This document shows positions 8,517-19,210 of a stretch of 64,000 nt of DNA, one piece after another. Origin of the DNA: an uncultured Candidatus Saccharibacteria bacterium (GTDB lineage Bacteria; Patescibacteriota; Minisyncoccia; Phycocordibacterales; PALSA-1337). Numbering within the stretch: the first letter of the stretch is position 1; the number at the start of each line of letters is the position of its first letter. Under the pieces are notes generated by a model, which saw only the letters and a list, made by a program, of their open reading frames with translations, did not search any database and was not told the DNA's origin. The stretch is from positions 17,995-81,994 of the forward strand of contig CAYPPJ010000001.1 of NCBI GenBank assembly GCA_964412585.1, written 5' to 3'. The position numbers and the translations under genes are program-made.

Positions 8517-9689
8517 ATGTTTACGAAACGAATCCATCTAGATTATGCATCCCTGACTCCTGTCGATCCGCGGGTTATTCGCGAAATGACAGCGTTTTCG
8601 GCCGATTCGTATGCCAATCCATCCTCTGTGTACAAAGAAGGTGTAGCTGCAAAAAATGCACTCGCACAAATGCGAAAGAAGGTTGCAGACACTATCCATG
8701 CGCATGCAGATGAGATTGTCTTCACGAGCGGGGGTACTGAATCGAATGTCTTGGCACTCCAAGGAGTCATCGATACGGCCCGGAAGAATGGTGTTACAAA
8801 ACCCCACATCATTATTTCTGCTATAGAACATTCTTCTATTATAGAGACAGCACTGCAGATTGAGTTATCTGGCTGTGAGGTGACACGAATCTCTGTTGAT
8901 GCTCGGGGCATCATCAAACTAGATGAACTTAAGAAAGCGATTACGCCGAATACTGTCCTCATTTCGGTTATGACAGTCAATAATGAGATTGGTTCAATAC
9001 AGCCGATAAAGGAGATTGCACATCTGGTACGCAAAGCGCGTGCATCGCGCGTCGAATCTAATCCCGCACAACCATATCCTATTTTTCATACCGATGCGGC
9101 GCAGGGTTTTTTGTATCAGGAATTGTTTGTCGAAAAGCTTGGTATTGATCTCATGACGTTGGATGGTGGAAAAGTATACGGTCCACGGGGTATTGGGTGT
9201 TTATTTGTCCGAAGGGGAATAGTTCTTTCGCCGATTATTGTCGGCGGAGGACAAGAGAATGGCATACGATCTGGTACCGAGAATCTTCCCGCAATCGCCG
9301 GATTTGCACGTGCACTTGAGATTGCGTCACATGAGCGAGCTAAAGAATCGATGCGTATCTCAGAGATTCGAGCACTATGTGTCGAGGGGCTTCATCGCGT
9401 ACACAGTTCCATTGTTGTCACAGGCTCGAATGATGAGGCACAATCGCCGCATATCTTGAATATATCTATTCCAGGTATAGATAATGAGTTCTTTCTATTC
9501 CAGCTTGATGCGCATGGCATAGCCTGCTCGACCAAAAGTTCCTGTCTTCGTGATGAAGATGAGTCATATGTACTCAAGGCGGTAGGCGCAAATAGTAAAA
9601 CCTCCCTCAGGTTCTCTTTCGGTCGCTGGACGAAGAAGGGTGACATCAAGACCATGATACGAGCTACTCGAGACCTTTTGAGCCATTAA
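8517..9689 (+). CDS. cysteine desulfurase / class V aminotransferase (IscS/NifS-like)
   Basis: LDYAS..P..P, FTSGGTESN, PLP-lysine region; about 390 aa from the internal Met. Confidence 0.8.
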   Translation: MFTKRIHLDYASLTPVDPRVIREMTAFSADSYANPSSVYKEGVAAKNALAQMRKKVADTIHAHADEIVFTSGGTESNVLALQGVIDTARKNGVTKPHIIISAIEHSSIIETALQIELSGCEVTRISVDARGIIKLDELKKAITPNTVLISVMTVNNEIGSIQPIKEIAHLVRKARASRVESNPAQPYPIFHTDAAQGFLYQELFVEKLGIDLMTLDGGKVYGPRGIGCLFVRRGIVLSPIIVGGGQENGIRSGTENLPAIAGFARALEIASHERAKESMRISEIRALCVEGLHRVHSSIVVTGSNDEAQSPHILNISIPGIDNEFFLFQLDAHGIACSTKSSCLRDEDESYVLKAVGANSKTSLRFSFGRWTKKGDIKTMIRATRDLLSH

Positions 9690-9740
9690 ATAAGCCTCGG
9701 AGTTGCGTAAATTACTGTATTCTGTTAGTATTTCACCCAC

Positions 9741-10124
9741 ATGTTAATGATCCGCCTACAGCGCGTCGGACGCATACACGAACCAACATTTCGTGTTGTG
9801 TTGACTGACTCAAAAAATGGCCCAAAGAGCGGTAAATATCTCAAGAATCTTGGTTGGTATGACACTCGTATCAAGAACAAGGTTGAGCAGATTGATGTTG
9901 AAGCCATCAAGCACTGGACTTCAAAGGGTGCACAGCTTTCAGTCACTCTCCACAATTTCCTCGTCTCAAACAAAGTTATCACTGGCAAGAAGATCAACGC
10001 ACTTCCAAAGAAAACTCCTATAAAGAAAGAAGTTCCTGCAGAAGCTCCAAAGGCTGCTGCAGCTCCTGCTCCAGCCGCTGAAGCTACTCCTGCACCGGCT
10101 GAGACAGCTCCCGTAGCCGCATAA
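9741..10124 (+). CDS. rpsP: 30S ribosomal protein S16, with a C-terminal Ala/Pro-rich extension
   Basis: MLMIRLQRVGR..P.FRVV. N-terminus typical of S16. Confidence 0.85.
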   Translation: MLMIRLQRVGRIHEPTFRVVLTDSKNGPKSGKYLKNLGWYDTRIKNKVEQIDVEAIKHWTSKGAQLSVTLHNFLVSNKVITGKKINALPKKTPIKKEVPAEAPKAAAAPAPAAEATPAPAETAPVAA

Positions 10125-10125
10125 A

Positions 10126-10149
10126 GATCCCCGATGAGGGGATTTTTTG
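10126..10149 (+). terminator. hairpin plus T-run immediately after rpsP (possible attenuator)
   Basis: Stem ATCCCC / GGGGAT, loop GATGA, then TTTTTGT. Confidence 0.45.
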
Positions 10150-10256
10150 TACGCTCTTTATATAACGGTGTGTACAACTTTTGCTTGTTGTTTTTTAATT
10201 TGGTACACTTATGCCAGTACAGCGAACTGTACGATTACGAAATTAATCTAACGATT

Positions 10257-10607
10257 ATGCAGAAAGACGAAGAGTTCCTCGCGTATGTCATCAAAGCTTT
10301 AGTAGACAATCCCGACCAGGTCAAAACATCACGTACAGTTGATGAAATGGGCGTACTCCTTACGCTCGAAGTCGGTGCCGCAGATATGGGCAAGATTATC
10401 GGACGTCAGGGCAATACTGCCAAGGCGGTCCGCACACTTCTTCGTGTTGTAGGTATGAAAAATAATAGTCGCGTCAATCTCAAGATTAACGAGCCCGTTG
10501 GTGGTCTCAAGTCACCAGAGCGCGTAGGGCAGGGAGCAGCGGTTCCACTTTCGACCCCAAACTCAAAGACAGTTGATGAGGCGATGGCGGATCTCAAGTT
10601 GGAATAG
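10257..10607 (+). CDS. KH-domain RNA-binding protein (UPF0109/YlqC-like)
   Basis: KH motif IGRQGNTAKA; position downstream of rpsP is typical. Confidence 0.7.
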   Translation: MQKDEEFLAYVIKALVDNPDQVKTSRTVDEMGVLLTLEVGAADMGKIIGRQGNTAKAVRTLLRVVGMKNNSRVNLKINEPVGGLKSPERVGQGAAVPLSTPNSKTVDEAMADLKLE

Positions 10608-10650
10608 GAAGCACAAGAGATTAGTAATTAGTAACTAGAGATTAGAAAGC

Positions 10651-10679
10651 AAAAAATCGGGCGAGAGCCCGATTTTTTG
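10651..10679 (+). terminator. rho-independent terminator
   Basis: Stem ATCGGGC / GCCCGAT, loop GAGA, then TTTTTT. Confidence 0.7.
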
Positions 10680-10763
10680 GTTGACTGTAGAAGGGTGTTA
10701 TGGCAATCTTTGTTAAGGTTGAAATCAATAGCTACTCGCCAAAGAGTGAAAGGAATTACGAGT

Positions 10764-11126
10764 ATGTTAGATAAGAATGACATCATCAGGGAAGAGTTGA
10801 GAAAAAAATTCAAAAGTGTTGGCCCGGTCTGCGATGGTACTGTCATGGTTTCCGATGGTCAATCGGAATTCCATGTCACGCCAGAAGGTGTGTCACTGTA
10901 CAATGAGCGGTACGCGTACGTCGGCTCTTTTCATCACGGATTTGCCTGGGTTCGCCCAAAGGGAAAACGTGCTCGGGAGTTTCACATTCGAAAGGATGGC
11001 TCGCGGCCTTATAAGCATGATTTCCACACAGTGGGAGATTTTGATGGAGAGGAGGCGCGAGCGTCATACGAAGGAAACGTGACGTTCTGGATCAACGCGA
11101 AAGGGGAACGAATTCGGCCTGAGTAA
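10764..11126 (+). CDS. hypothetical protein with WG/KWG-like beta repeats, in the slot where rimM is expected
   Basis: Pattern Y.YVG.F..GFAWV...GK twice; no PRC-barrel/RimM motifs. Confidence 0.4.
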   Translation: MLDKNDIIREELRKKFKSVGPVCDGTVMVSDGQSEFHVTPEGVSLYNERYAYVGSFHHGFAWVRPKGKRAREFHIRKDGSRPYKHDFHTVGDFDGEEARASYEGNVTFWINAKGERIRPE

Positions 11127-11177
11127 GGAAATCAGTGACAAATGTTTTCGTGACAAGAAGTCAGTTTCGTGGTACAG

Positions 11178-11200
11178 TCATCTGGCCACGATTTTTATTT
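11178..11200 (+). terminator. weak hairpin plus T-rich run directly before trmD
   Basis: Stem CGTGG / CCACG, then ATTTTTATTTTT. Confidence 0.3.
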
Positions 11201-11202
11201 TT

Positions 11203-11916
11203 ATGCTTACCTATCACCTCATAACTCTCTTTCCAGAAAGCACCGAGTCATATCTCAATGCCTCGATTTTGAAGCGTGCGCAGGAAAAAGGATTGATTAC
11301 TATTAAGTACTACAATCCACGTGATTTTACGATAGCGAAAAAGAAGGGCGTACCTCAGACCTATGCGGACCGCCGAGTTGACGATCGTCCGTATGGTGGT
11401 GGCCCAGGGATGGTCATAGAAGCGCTGCCAGTTATTAAGGCTATTGAGGCGGCAATGAAAGTTGCAAAAGGTAAGCGTCGCATTCTATTTCCAAAAAAGG
11501 CTGAAACGGTAAAAAAGATTAAAATCGTTTTCTTTAGCCCTGCCGGTAAGCAATTTTCTAATACGATGGCAGATTCATTTAAGAAATACACGGACATTAT
11601 CTTTGTCTGTGGACGCTATGAAGGCATTGATGCGCGTGTGAAGAAAGCTTTTCCGATGGTTGATATCTCAGTCGGGCCATATGTGGTCACTGGTGGGGAA
11701 TTGGCAGCCATGATTATGATTGACACCATCACGCGCCGTATTCCCGGAGTACTTGGAGACAGTCTTTCAATTGAAGAAGAGCGCATCGCAAGCTCGGATG
11801 TCTATACTCGTCCCGAGGTTATTGAATATAAAAAGAAAAAGTATCGTGTCCCCAAGGTTCTCTTGAGTGGCCATCACGCCAAGATGGATGAGTGGAAGAA
11901 GGGGAGGAAGAAATAA
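11203..11916 (+). CDS. trmD: tRNA (guanine37-N1)-methyltransferase
   Basis: YGGGPGMV, VCGRYEGIDARV, trefoil-knot C-terminus. Confidence 0.85.
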   Translation: MLTYHLITLFPESTESYLNASILKRAQEKGLITIKYYNPRDFTIAKKKGVPQTYADRRVDDRPYGGGPGMVIEALPVIKAIEAAMKVAKGKRRILFPKKAETVKKIKIVFFSPAGKQFSNTMADSFKKYTDIIFVCGRYEGIDARVKKAFPMVDISVGPYVVTGGELAAMIMIDTITRRIPGVLGDSLSIEEERIASSDVYTRPEVIEYKKKKYRVPKVLLSGHHAKMDEWKKGRKK

Positions 11917-12122
11917 AGCACAGGAACATACATATATATAGTATGTCAATATTTGGTCATTTATCCCCAGATTGAGCCATAAATGCTTGACCTTATAGCT
12001 GGTATATGATAGGGTACTCACAACTTCGCAGATTGTGTTCTGCTGTAGCGGAGGATTAGACAGGTCCATCATTAGTCCTACCCAGTGAATATCACTTACT
12101 AACTGTCAAGTGAATTTAATAT

Positions 12123-12146
12123 CCGTTTTCAAAAACGGCATTTTTG
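12123..12146 (+). terminator. hairpin plus T-run in the rpoB leader (possible attenuator)
   Basis: Stem CCGTT / AACGG, then CATTTTTG. Confidence 0.3.
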
Positions 12147-12214
12147 CGTTTGCGCGCCAAAATCGGGTATCACGTTTCGATTATTAAGTGTCAGTTACTA
12201 ATTATTTTAATAAC

Positions 12215-15200
12215 ATGTCGACAACCATCCGCCCGAAGAAATTTTTCTCCCGCTATCAGGTACCACTGACAGAGATGCCGCATCTCGTCGAGTCGCAGCT
12301 TCTCTCTTTCACACAGCTTGTGGAAAAGGGCATTGAGAATCTTCTCAAGGAATTTTCTCCGATCAAGGACTACGCCGAAAAGAAATTCGAGCTGTCTATC
12401 GGCTCTCCAGAGATCATCCTCCCAAAGTTCAACGAACACTTTGCCAAGGATAACAAACTCAACTACGAGGGGCAGATCAAGGTAAAGGTGACCCTCAAGA
12501 ACAAGTCACTCAATGTGGTCAAAGAACAGGAAATGCTCTTGGCCGAGATTCCTCTCATGACCGATCATGGTACCTTCATCATCAACGGTGTTGAACGTGT
12601 TATCGTTCCTCAGCTCGCCCGCTCATTTGGTATTTTCTTTACCGGCAATGAAGTCAAAGGCAAGAACTACTTTGGCGCAAAGATCATTCCTGCGCGCGGT
12701 GTGTGGATGGAAATCGAGACTGACACTGATGGCACTATCTTCTGCCGTATTGACCGCAAGCGCAAGTTCCCGATCACCTCACTTTTGCGCATTCTCGGGG
12801 CAGAGACCAATGAAAAGATCATGGATCTCTTCAAAGGCAAGCCAGAGGCGTACAAAATTGTCGAAATGACCTTGGCAAAGGACCATGCCAAGACCAAGGA
12901 TGAGGCGTATATGGAGATTCACAAGCGTCTCCGTGACGGCGATCTCGCGACTGCAGAGAACGCCCGCTCATTCGTTCAAGCTCTTCTCAAAGAGGACCGT
13001 TATGACATCAACCGTGTCGGTCGTTTCCGTTTCAACAAGCGTTTTGGAAAGTCTATGGATGAAAAAGAGCTCGAACGCCGCACCATCAACCTTGATGATA
13101 TTGCGACAACTATTGCACACATTGTGACGTTAACTACGACTCCTGATTCGATGCCGGACGATATTGACCACCTCGGTTCACGACGTGTTCGCTATGTTGG
13201 TGAACTCCTCGAGACTCGCATTCGTCTCGGTTTGACGCAGATGAAGCGTAATATTCAGGACAAGATGTCGACTGTTGAACCTGACGTGACTCTGCCTGTC
13301 TCATTTATTTACCCACGCCCGCTCCAGGCACGTATCAAAGAATTCTTCACGACCAACCAGCTTTCGCAGTTCATGGAGCAGACCAACGCTCTTGGTGAGA
13401 TTGAGAACCTCCGTCAATTGACGGCTCTTGGACCCGGCGGTCTTTCACGTGAGCGTGCAGGTTTCGAAGTTCGTGACGTTCACCCATCTCACTATGGACG
13501 CTTGTGTCCTATCCATACGCCAGAAGGTCCAAACATCGGTTTGGTGCTTCGTCTCGCAACGTATGCCCGCATCAACGATTTTGGCATGATCGAAACTCCT
13601 TATGTCAAAGTAAAAGATGGCAAGATTACCAAGGAGATTATTTATATGAACGCTCTTGAAGAAGAGAACTACCGTATTGCTCATGCGGCTACTCCGTATG
13701 ACAAGGATGGTGTTATCACCGTGAGTGAAGTGGAGGTTCGTATCAACGGTAAGCCAGCCATGGCAACCAAAAAGGAAATTGATTTTATTGACGTTGCTAC
13801 AAATCAGGCGTTCTCTATTGCCACATCGCTTATTCCGTTTGTGAACCACGATGACGCCAACCGCGCACTCATGGGATCAAACATGTTGAAACAAGCTACC
13901 CCATGTCTCATTCCAGAGGCTCCATTCGTTGCCACTGGTATTGAAGAGAAGGCGGTATTGGATACAGGGCGTCTTGTTGTTGCGCCAGAGGATGGTGAGA
14001 TTACGCATGTGGACGCAAAGAAAATTACCTTTGTTTCAAAGAAAGGCAAGAAGCATGAATATAGCCTCGTGTTGTTCTCACGAACAAACGGTTTCACCGC
14101 GTTCCATCAGCGTCCGATTGTTTCGGTTGGTGATAAGGTGAAGAAGGGAACAGTGCTCGCTGATACTTCAACATCAGACAAGGGTCAGATTGCTCTCGGT
14201 CACAACGCACTTGTAGCATTTATGTCATGGTCTGGTAACAACTACGAAGACGCTATCATTCTCTCGGAACGTGTCGTCAAGAATAGCAAGTGGAGCTCAG
14301 TCCACATCGAGGAAATTCAGGTCAACGTTCGTGATACCAAGCTTGGTCCCGAGGTGACTACCTGCGATATTCCAAACGTTGGTGAGAACAAACTCAAGAA
14401 CCTCACTGAAGAAGGTATTGTCCGCATTGGTGCAGAGGTTCGCCCAGGCGATATTCTCGTCGGTAAGATTTCTCCAAAAGGTGAGACACAGCTTACGCCA
14501 GAAGAGCGCTTGCTCCGCTCGATCTTCGGTGAAAAGGCACGCGATGTGAAGGATACTTCAAAGCGCATGGAAAACGGCAAGCGCGGTCGTGTTATTTCGG
14601 TCAAAATTTTCTCACGTGAAAAAGGTGACAAGCTCGAGTCAGGTATCATCAAGAAAATCTATATTGAAGTCGCACAGGTTCGTAACATTTCAGTTGGTGA
14701 CAAGATGGCAGGACGCCACGGTAACAAGGGTGTTATCTCACGCATTCTCCCAGAAGAGGATATGCCATATATGGAAGATGGTCGTCCGATTGATGTCATT
14801 CTCACACCTCTTGGTGTGCCATCACGTATGAACCTCGGACAGATTCTCGAGTTGCACCTTGGTTTGGCTGCAAATGAACTTGGCTATCAAGCTATTGTTC
14901 CACCATTTGCTGGTGCGACGGAGACTGAGATCAAGGATGAATTGGTCAAGGCTGGATTCGATGCGTCAGGAAAAATGAAGCTTCGCGATGGACGCACGGG
15001 AGATTATTTCTCACAGCCTATTGCTGTTGGATACATGTATATCTTGAAACTTCACCACATGGTGGAAGACAAGATTCACATGCGTTCTATTGGTCCTTAT
15101 TCTCTCATTACCCAGCAACCTCTCGGAGGAAAGGCACAAGGCGGAGGTCAACGTTTTGGAGAAATGGAAGTTTGGGCACTCTTGGGTCACGGTGCAGCGC

Positions 15201-15394
15201 ACACTTTGCGTGAAATTCTTACCGTCAAATCTGACGACATCATCGGTCGTTCACAGACATTCGATGCTATTGTCAAAGGTGAACGTCCAAAGGCGCCAAA
15301 TCTTCCTGCATCATTCAATGTGTTGCTAAAGACACTTCGTGGTTTGGCACTCAACGTAGAACTTACCAACAAGCCTCACGTCGAAGAGGAATAA
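12215..15394 (+). CDS. rpoB: DNA-directed RNA polymerase beta subunit
   Basis: Full-length beta-subunit conserved blocks (GPGGL.RER, NMQRQAVPL-like, GEMEVWAL). Confidence 0.95.
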   Translation: MSTTIRPKKFFSRYQVPLTEMPHLVESQLLSFTQLVEKGIENLLKEFSPIKDYAEKKFELSIGSPEIILPKFNEHFAKDNKLNYEGQIKVKVTLKNKSLNVVKEQEMLLAEIPLMTDHGTFIINGVERVIVPQLARSFGIFFTGNEVKGKNYFGAKIIPARGVWMEIETDTDGTIFCRIDRKRKFPITSLLRILGAETNEKIMDLFKGKPEAYKIVEMTLAKDHAKTKDEAYMEIHKRLRDGDLATAENARSFVQALLKEDRYDINRVGRFRFNKRFGKSMDEKELERRTINLDDIATTIAHIVTLTTTPDSMPDDIDHLGSRRVRYVGELLETRIRLGLTQMKRNIQDKMSTVEPDVTLPVSFIYPRPLQARIKEFFTTNQLSQFMEQTNALGEIENLRQLTALGPGGLSRERAGFEVRDVHPSHYGRLCPIHTPEGPNIGLVLRLATYARINDFGMIETPYVKVKDGKITKEIIYMNALEEENYRIAHAATPYDKDGVITVSEVEVRINGKPAMATKKEIDFIDVATNQAFSIATSLIPFVNHDDANRALMGSNMLKQATPCLIPEAPFVATGIEEKAVLDTGRLVVAPEDGEITHVDAKKITFVSKKGKKHEYSLVLFSRTNGFTAFHQRPIVSVGDKVKKGTVLADTSTSDKGQIALGHNALVAFMSWSGNNYEDAIILSERVVKNSKWSSVHIEEIQVNVRDTKLGPEVTTCDIPNVGENKLKNLTEEGIVRIGAEVRPGDILVGKISPKGETQLTPEERLLRSIFGEKARDVKDTSKRMENGKRGRVISVKIFSREKGDKLESGIIKKIYIEVAQVRNISVGDKMAGRHGNKGVISRILPEEDMPYMEDGRPIDVILTPLGVPSRMNLGQILELHLGLAANELGYQAIVPPFAGATETEIKDELVKAGFDASGKMKLRDGRTGDYFSQPIAVGYMYILKLHHMVEDKIHMRSIGPYSLITQQPLGGKAQGGGQRFGEMEVWALLGHGAAHTLREILTVKSDDIIGRSQTFDAIVKGERPKAPNLPASFNVLLKTLRGLALNVELTNKPHVEEE

Positions 15395-15439
15395 TAGTAT
15401 TGAATATCATCATTCATTCAATCTAATTCAATCACTATC

Positions 15440-18400
15440 ATGACAACTCAAATCAAAAAGACAACAGATCCAGCACAGTTCGACATCGTCAAGCTGTCGC
15501 TCGCATCACCTGACAAGATCCTCGAATGGTCATACGGCGAAGTCACCAAGCCAGAAACCATCAACTATCGTACACAGCGATCTGAAAAGAGCGGTCTCTT
15601 CGACGAACGTATCTTTGGTCCAGACCGTGACTATGAGTGTTACTGTGGAAAATACCGTGGTATTCGCTACAAGGGCATCGTCTGTGAAAAATGTGGCGTT
15701 GAAATAACTCGCTCAATTGTTCGCCGTGAACGCATGGGTCACATTGAGCTTGCCTCACCGGTATCTCATATTTGGTTCCTCCGTTCAGTTCCATCACGCA
15801 TTGGCCTTATTCTCGGCATGACTACCGCTGATCTCGAGAAGGTCGTTTACTTTGCTGGCTATATTGTCACCAAGGTCAACGAATCAGAACGCGATTCATT
15901 CCTCAAAGAACTTGACGGGGAATACAAGAGCAAGGTCAAGACTGCTCAGGATGACAAGACAAAGGAGGCCCTCAAGGAGCTTGTCGTCAGTGCTCGTAAA
16001 GAGATTGAGAGCTTGACGCCAGGTATGGTTATGGACGAAGCAAGCTACCACAAATTTGCTATGAAGTACGGCTCGCTTTTCGAAGCTGGCATTGGTGCTG
16101 AGATTGTCTACGAATTGCTGAAGAAGATTGATCTCGCCAAGCTCAAGACTGAGCTCGAAGGATATCTTGAAAATGCCGGTGCCGCGGACCGTGAGAAACT
16201 CTCGAAGCGTCTGTCATTGGTCAAACAGATGATCAAGGCAAAGATGCGTCCTGAATGGATGTTCCTTATCCGTATTCCAGTTATTCCGCCTGGCATCCGC
16301 CCGATGGTAGCTCTTGATGGTGGTCGCTATGCTACCTCAGATGTGAACGACCTCTATCGTCGTGTTATCAACCGCAACAATCGTCTGTTGAAACTCAAGG
16401 AGATCAACGCGCCAGAAGTCATTCTTCGCAACGAAAAGCGTATTCTCCAAGAGGCCGTTGATGCCCTTATCGACAACTCGATTCGTCATAGCTCATCAGC
16501 CGGTGCCGCTGCAGCTGCCGCACAAAAGCGCGCGCTTAAGTCACTTTCAGACAGCCTCAAGTCAAAGCGCGGTCTTTTTCGCCAGAACTTGCTCGGTAAG
16601 CGCGTGGACTACTCAGGTCGTTCGGTGATCGTGGTTGGTCCAGAGCTCAAGCTTGACCAGTGTGGTTTGCCAAAGCACATGGCTCTCGAATTGTTCCGCC
16701 CATTTATTATCTCAGGTCTCTTGAAAAAAGAGTTGGCCTACAACATCCGTGGTGCAAATCGTCTGATTGATGATGGTGCCAAGGAAGTCTGGGAAATTCT
16801 CGAAGAAGTTATTGCTAATAAGTACGTTCTCTTGAACCGTGCTCCTACTTTGCACCGCCTCGGTATTCAGGCGTTTCGTCCTATTCTTATTGAAGGTAAT
16901 GCTATTCAAGTTCACCCACTCGTCTGTACGGCATTCAACGCTGACTTCGATGGTGACCAGATGGCTGTTCACGTGCCATTGTCAGATGAGGCACAGCTTG
17001 AAGCAAAGATGATCATGGCTTCAGACAAAAATATTTTGAAGCCAGGTAACAATGATCCTACAGTCGTTGCCAAGTTGCTCGATATTGTCCTCGGATGTTT
17101 CTGGGTCACCAAGGTTATTGATGGCGCACAGGGTACTGGCAAGATCTTCGAATCACCAGATGCAGCTATCTTGGCTCATAGCTTTGGCGACATCGATCTT
17201 CGTGCAAAGGTCAAAGTTCTTGCGCCGAAGACTGCAAAATTTGCAAAATTCAAGGAAGGTTTGTTCGAGACGACAGTTGGTCGTATCCTCCTCAACAATG
17301 TATTGCCGGTTGACTATGCGTTCATCAACGAAGAGACCGGACGCAAGCGCATTGCTGCCATCATTGATGATATGATCACTCTTCACGGTGCAGAAAATGT
17401 TGCGCCGATTCTGGACAAGATCAAGTCATTTGGATTCCATTACGCCACATTCTCAGGAACTACCTGGGGTATCGATGACATTGTTATTCCAGAGGCAAAA
17501 TATGACATCATCAAGAAGGGTAAGGAGAAGGCGGATACCGTCACTCAGCAGTTCAACGAAGGTCTCCTTACTGAAGAAGAGCGCGTTCGTAAGCATATTG
17601 AGATTTGGCAGCATGCAAAGGGTGAAGTTGAAAAAACTATCCCAGGTTCGCTCGACAAGAACGGATCTGTCTATGACATGGTCAACTCAGGTGCTCGTGG
17701 TTCGCTTTCTCAGATCACAATCATGGCAGGTATGAAGGGTCTTATTGCCTCAGTTTCGGGTGATACTATCGAGTTCCCGATTCTCTCATGTGCAAAAGAA
17801 GGTTTGACTCCGATTGAGTACTTCATTACTACTCACGGTTCTCGCAAGGGTCTCACGGATACTGCTCTCAACACCGCAAAGGCTGGATATCTCACCCGTA
17901 AGCTCTTCGTGGTCGCACAGGATGTTGTTGTTTCAGAAGACGACTGTGGTACAAAGGACTCTATTGTTATCCGACGCCAGACTGCTTCAGGTATGGCTAT
18001 TCCACTCTCAAAGAACATTCGTGGCCGCGTTCTTGCAGAAGAAGTAAAGGGTATGGATGGTAAGGTTCTCTTTGAAAAAGGCCATCTCCTCTCAAAGGCT
18101 GATGCTGCTGCAGTAGAAGAGGCAGGCACAGTTGATGTACGTGTTCGCTCACCATTGTCATGCAAGACTATCCGTGGCGTGTGTGGTCAGTGTTACGGTC
18201 TCGATCTCGGTAAGAACAAGCTCGTTGATCTTGGTGAAGCAGTCGGTACTGTTGCCGCACAAGCTATCGGTGAACCAGGAACTCAGCTCACCATGCGTAC
18301 CTTCCACGCTGGTGGTGCCGCATCACAAGGTGGAGATATTACTCAAGGTTTGCCTCGTGTCGAGGAAATCTTTGAGAAGCGTCGTCCAAAGAACCCAGCC

Positions 18401-19114
18401 GTTGTCGCGAGTGTCGATGGTATGATCACTGAGGTCAAAGACCTCGGAAAGGAAAAAGTCATCATGCTTCTTCCAGAGCTTGAGGATTCAAAGGGCAAGA
18501 AGAAAGGAGCTGCTATCGAATACACCTTCCCGTATCGCCGTACTGTTCTCGTTAAAGTTGGTGATCAAGTCAAGAAGGGAGATCTTCTGACCGATGGTTC
18601 GGCAGATATTGATGAAGTCTTCGAATTTGGTGGTGAAGAGCGCGCAAAGGACTATGTTATTACCGAAGTTGGAAAGATCTATGAACTTCAAGGTGAAACA
18701 GTCTCACGCAAGCACATTGAGCTTATCGTAAAGCAGATGTTCTCACGTCGTCGCGTCAAGGAGTCGGGTGATACCAATCTTACTGAAGGCATGATTGTTG
18801 ACGATATTTATCTTTCAGAAGAAAATGCGCTCGCCAAGTCAGCTGGAGGTTCAGCTGCAAAGGTTGAGAAAATGGTTATGGGTATTACCGAAACCTCTCT
18901 CTCACGCAAGAGTTTCTTGTCGGCAGCTTCATTCCAGCACACGACTCGTGTCCTTATTGGAAATGCAGTCCGTGGTGCAGAAGACAACCTCACTGGTCTT
19001 ATGGAAAATGTCATTATTGGACGCCTCGTTCCTGCAGGAACAGGTTTCAAGGGTTCAGCAAAAAATGACATGATTGAGGCGGTCGCTCCTCGGGAAGTCT
19101 CGATGGAAGAATAA
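15440..19114 (+). CDS. rpoC: DNA-directed RNA polymerase beta' subunit
   Basis: Zn-finger CGKY..C.KCGVE, NADFDGDQM catalytic motif, trigger loop, 1224 aa. Confidence 0.95.
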   Translation: MTTQIKKTTDPAQFDIVKLSLASPDKILEWSYGEVTKPETINYRTQRSEKSGLFDERIFGPDRDYECYCGKYRGIRYKGIVCEKCGVEITRSIVRRERMGHIELASPVSHIWFLRSVPSRIGLILGMTTADLEKVVYFAGYIVTKVNESERDSFLKELDGEYKSKVKTAQDDKTKEALKELVVSARKEIESLTPGMVMDEASYHKFAMKYGSLFEAGIGAEIVYELLKKIDLAKLKTELEGYLENAGAADREKLSKRLSLVKQMIKAKMRPEWMFLIRIPVIPPGIRPMVALDGGRYATSDVNDLYRRVINRNNRLLKLKEINAPEVILRNEKRILQEAVDALIDNSIRHSSSAGAAAAAAQKRALKSLSDSLKSKRGLFRQNLLGKRVDYSGRSVIVVGPELKLDQCGLPKHMALELFRPFIISGLLKKELAYNIRGANRLIDDGAKEVWEILEEVIANKYVLLNRAPTLHRLGIQAFRPILIEGNAIQVHPLVCTAFNADFDGDQMAVHVPLSDEAQLEAKMIMASDKNILKPGNNDPTVVAKLLDIVLGCFWVTKVIDGAQGTGKIFESPDAAILAHSFGDIDLRAKVKVLAPKTAKFAKFKEGLFETTVGRILLNNVLPVDYAFINEETGRKRIAAIIDDMITLHGAENVAPILDKIKSFGFHYATFSGTTWGIDDIVIPEAKYDIIKKGKEKADTVTQQFNEGLLTEEERVRKHIEIWQHAKGEVEKTIPGSLDKNGSVYDMVNSGARGSLSQITIMAGMKGLIASVSGDTIEFPILSCAKEGLTPIEYFITTHGSRKGLTDTALNTAKAGYLTRKLFVVAQDVVVSEDDCGTKDSIVIRRQTASGMAIPLSKNIRGRVLAEEVKGMDGKVLFEKGHLLSKADAAAVEEAGTVDVRVRSPLSCKTIRGVCGQCYGLDLGKNKLVDLGEAVGTVAAQAIGEPGTQLTMRTFHAGGAASQGGDITQGLPRVEEIFEKRRPKNPAVVASVDGMITEVKDLGKEKVIMLLPELEDSKGKKKGAAIEYTFPYRRTVLVKVGDQVKKGDLLTDGSADIDEVFEFGGEERAKDYVITEVGKIYELQGETVSRKHIELIVKQMFSRRRVKESGDTNLTEGMIVDDIYLSEENALAKSAGGSAAKVEKMVMGITETSLSRKSFLSAASFQHTTRVLIGNAVRGAEDNLTGLMENVIIGRLVPAGTGFKGSAKNDMIEAVAPREVSMEE

Positions 19115-19133
19115 GTCTAACCTACTTCTATAC

Positions 19134-19163
19134 AAAAAACCGCTCAAGTTGGGCGGTTTTTTG
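19134..19163 (+). terminator. rho-independent terminator after rpoC
   Basis: Stem AAAACCGC / GCGGTTTT, then TTTT. Confidence 0.65.
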
Positions 19164-19210
19164 CCATATTTTTATATTCACGCAGTTATGTGATATGGTG
19201 GGGGCACAAT

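Noticed and set aside
9725-10177. 150-aa minus-strand ORF antisense to rpsP
   Set aside because: Ala-rich mirror image of the S16 C-terminal Ala/Pro tail, so it is an antisense artefact.
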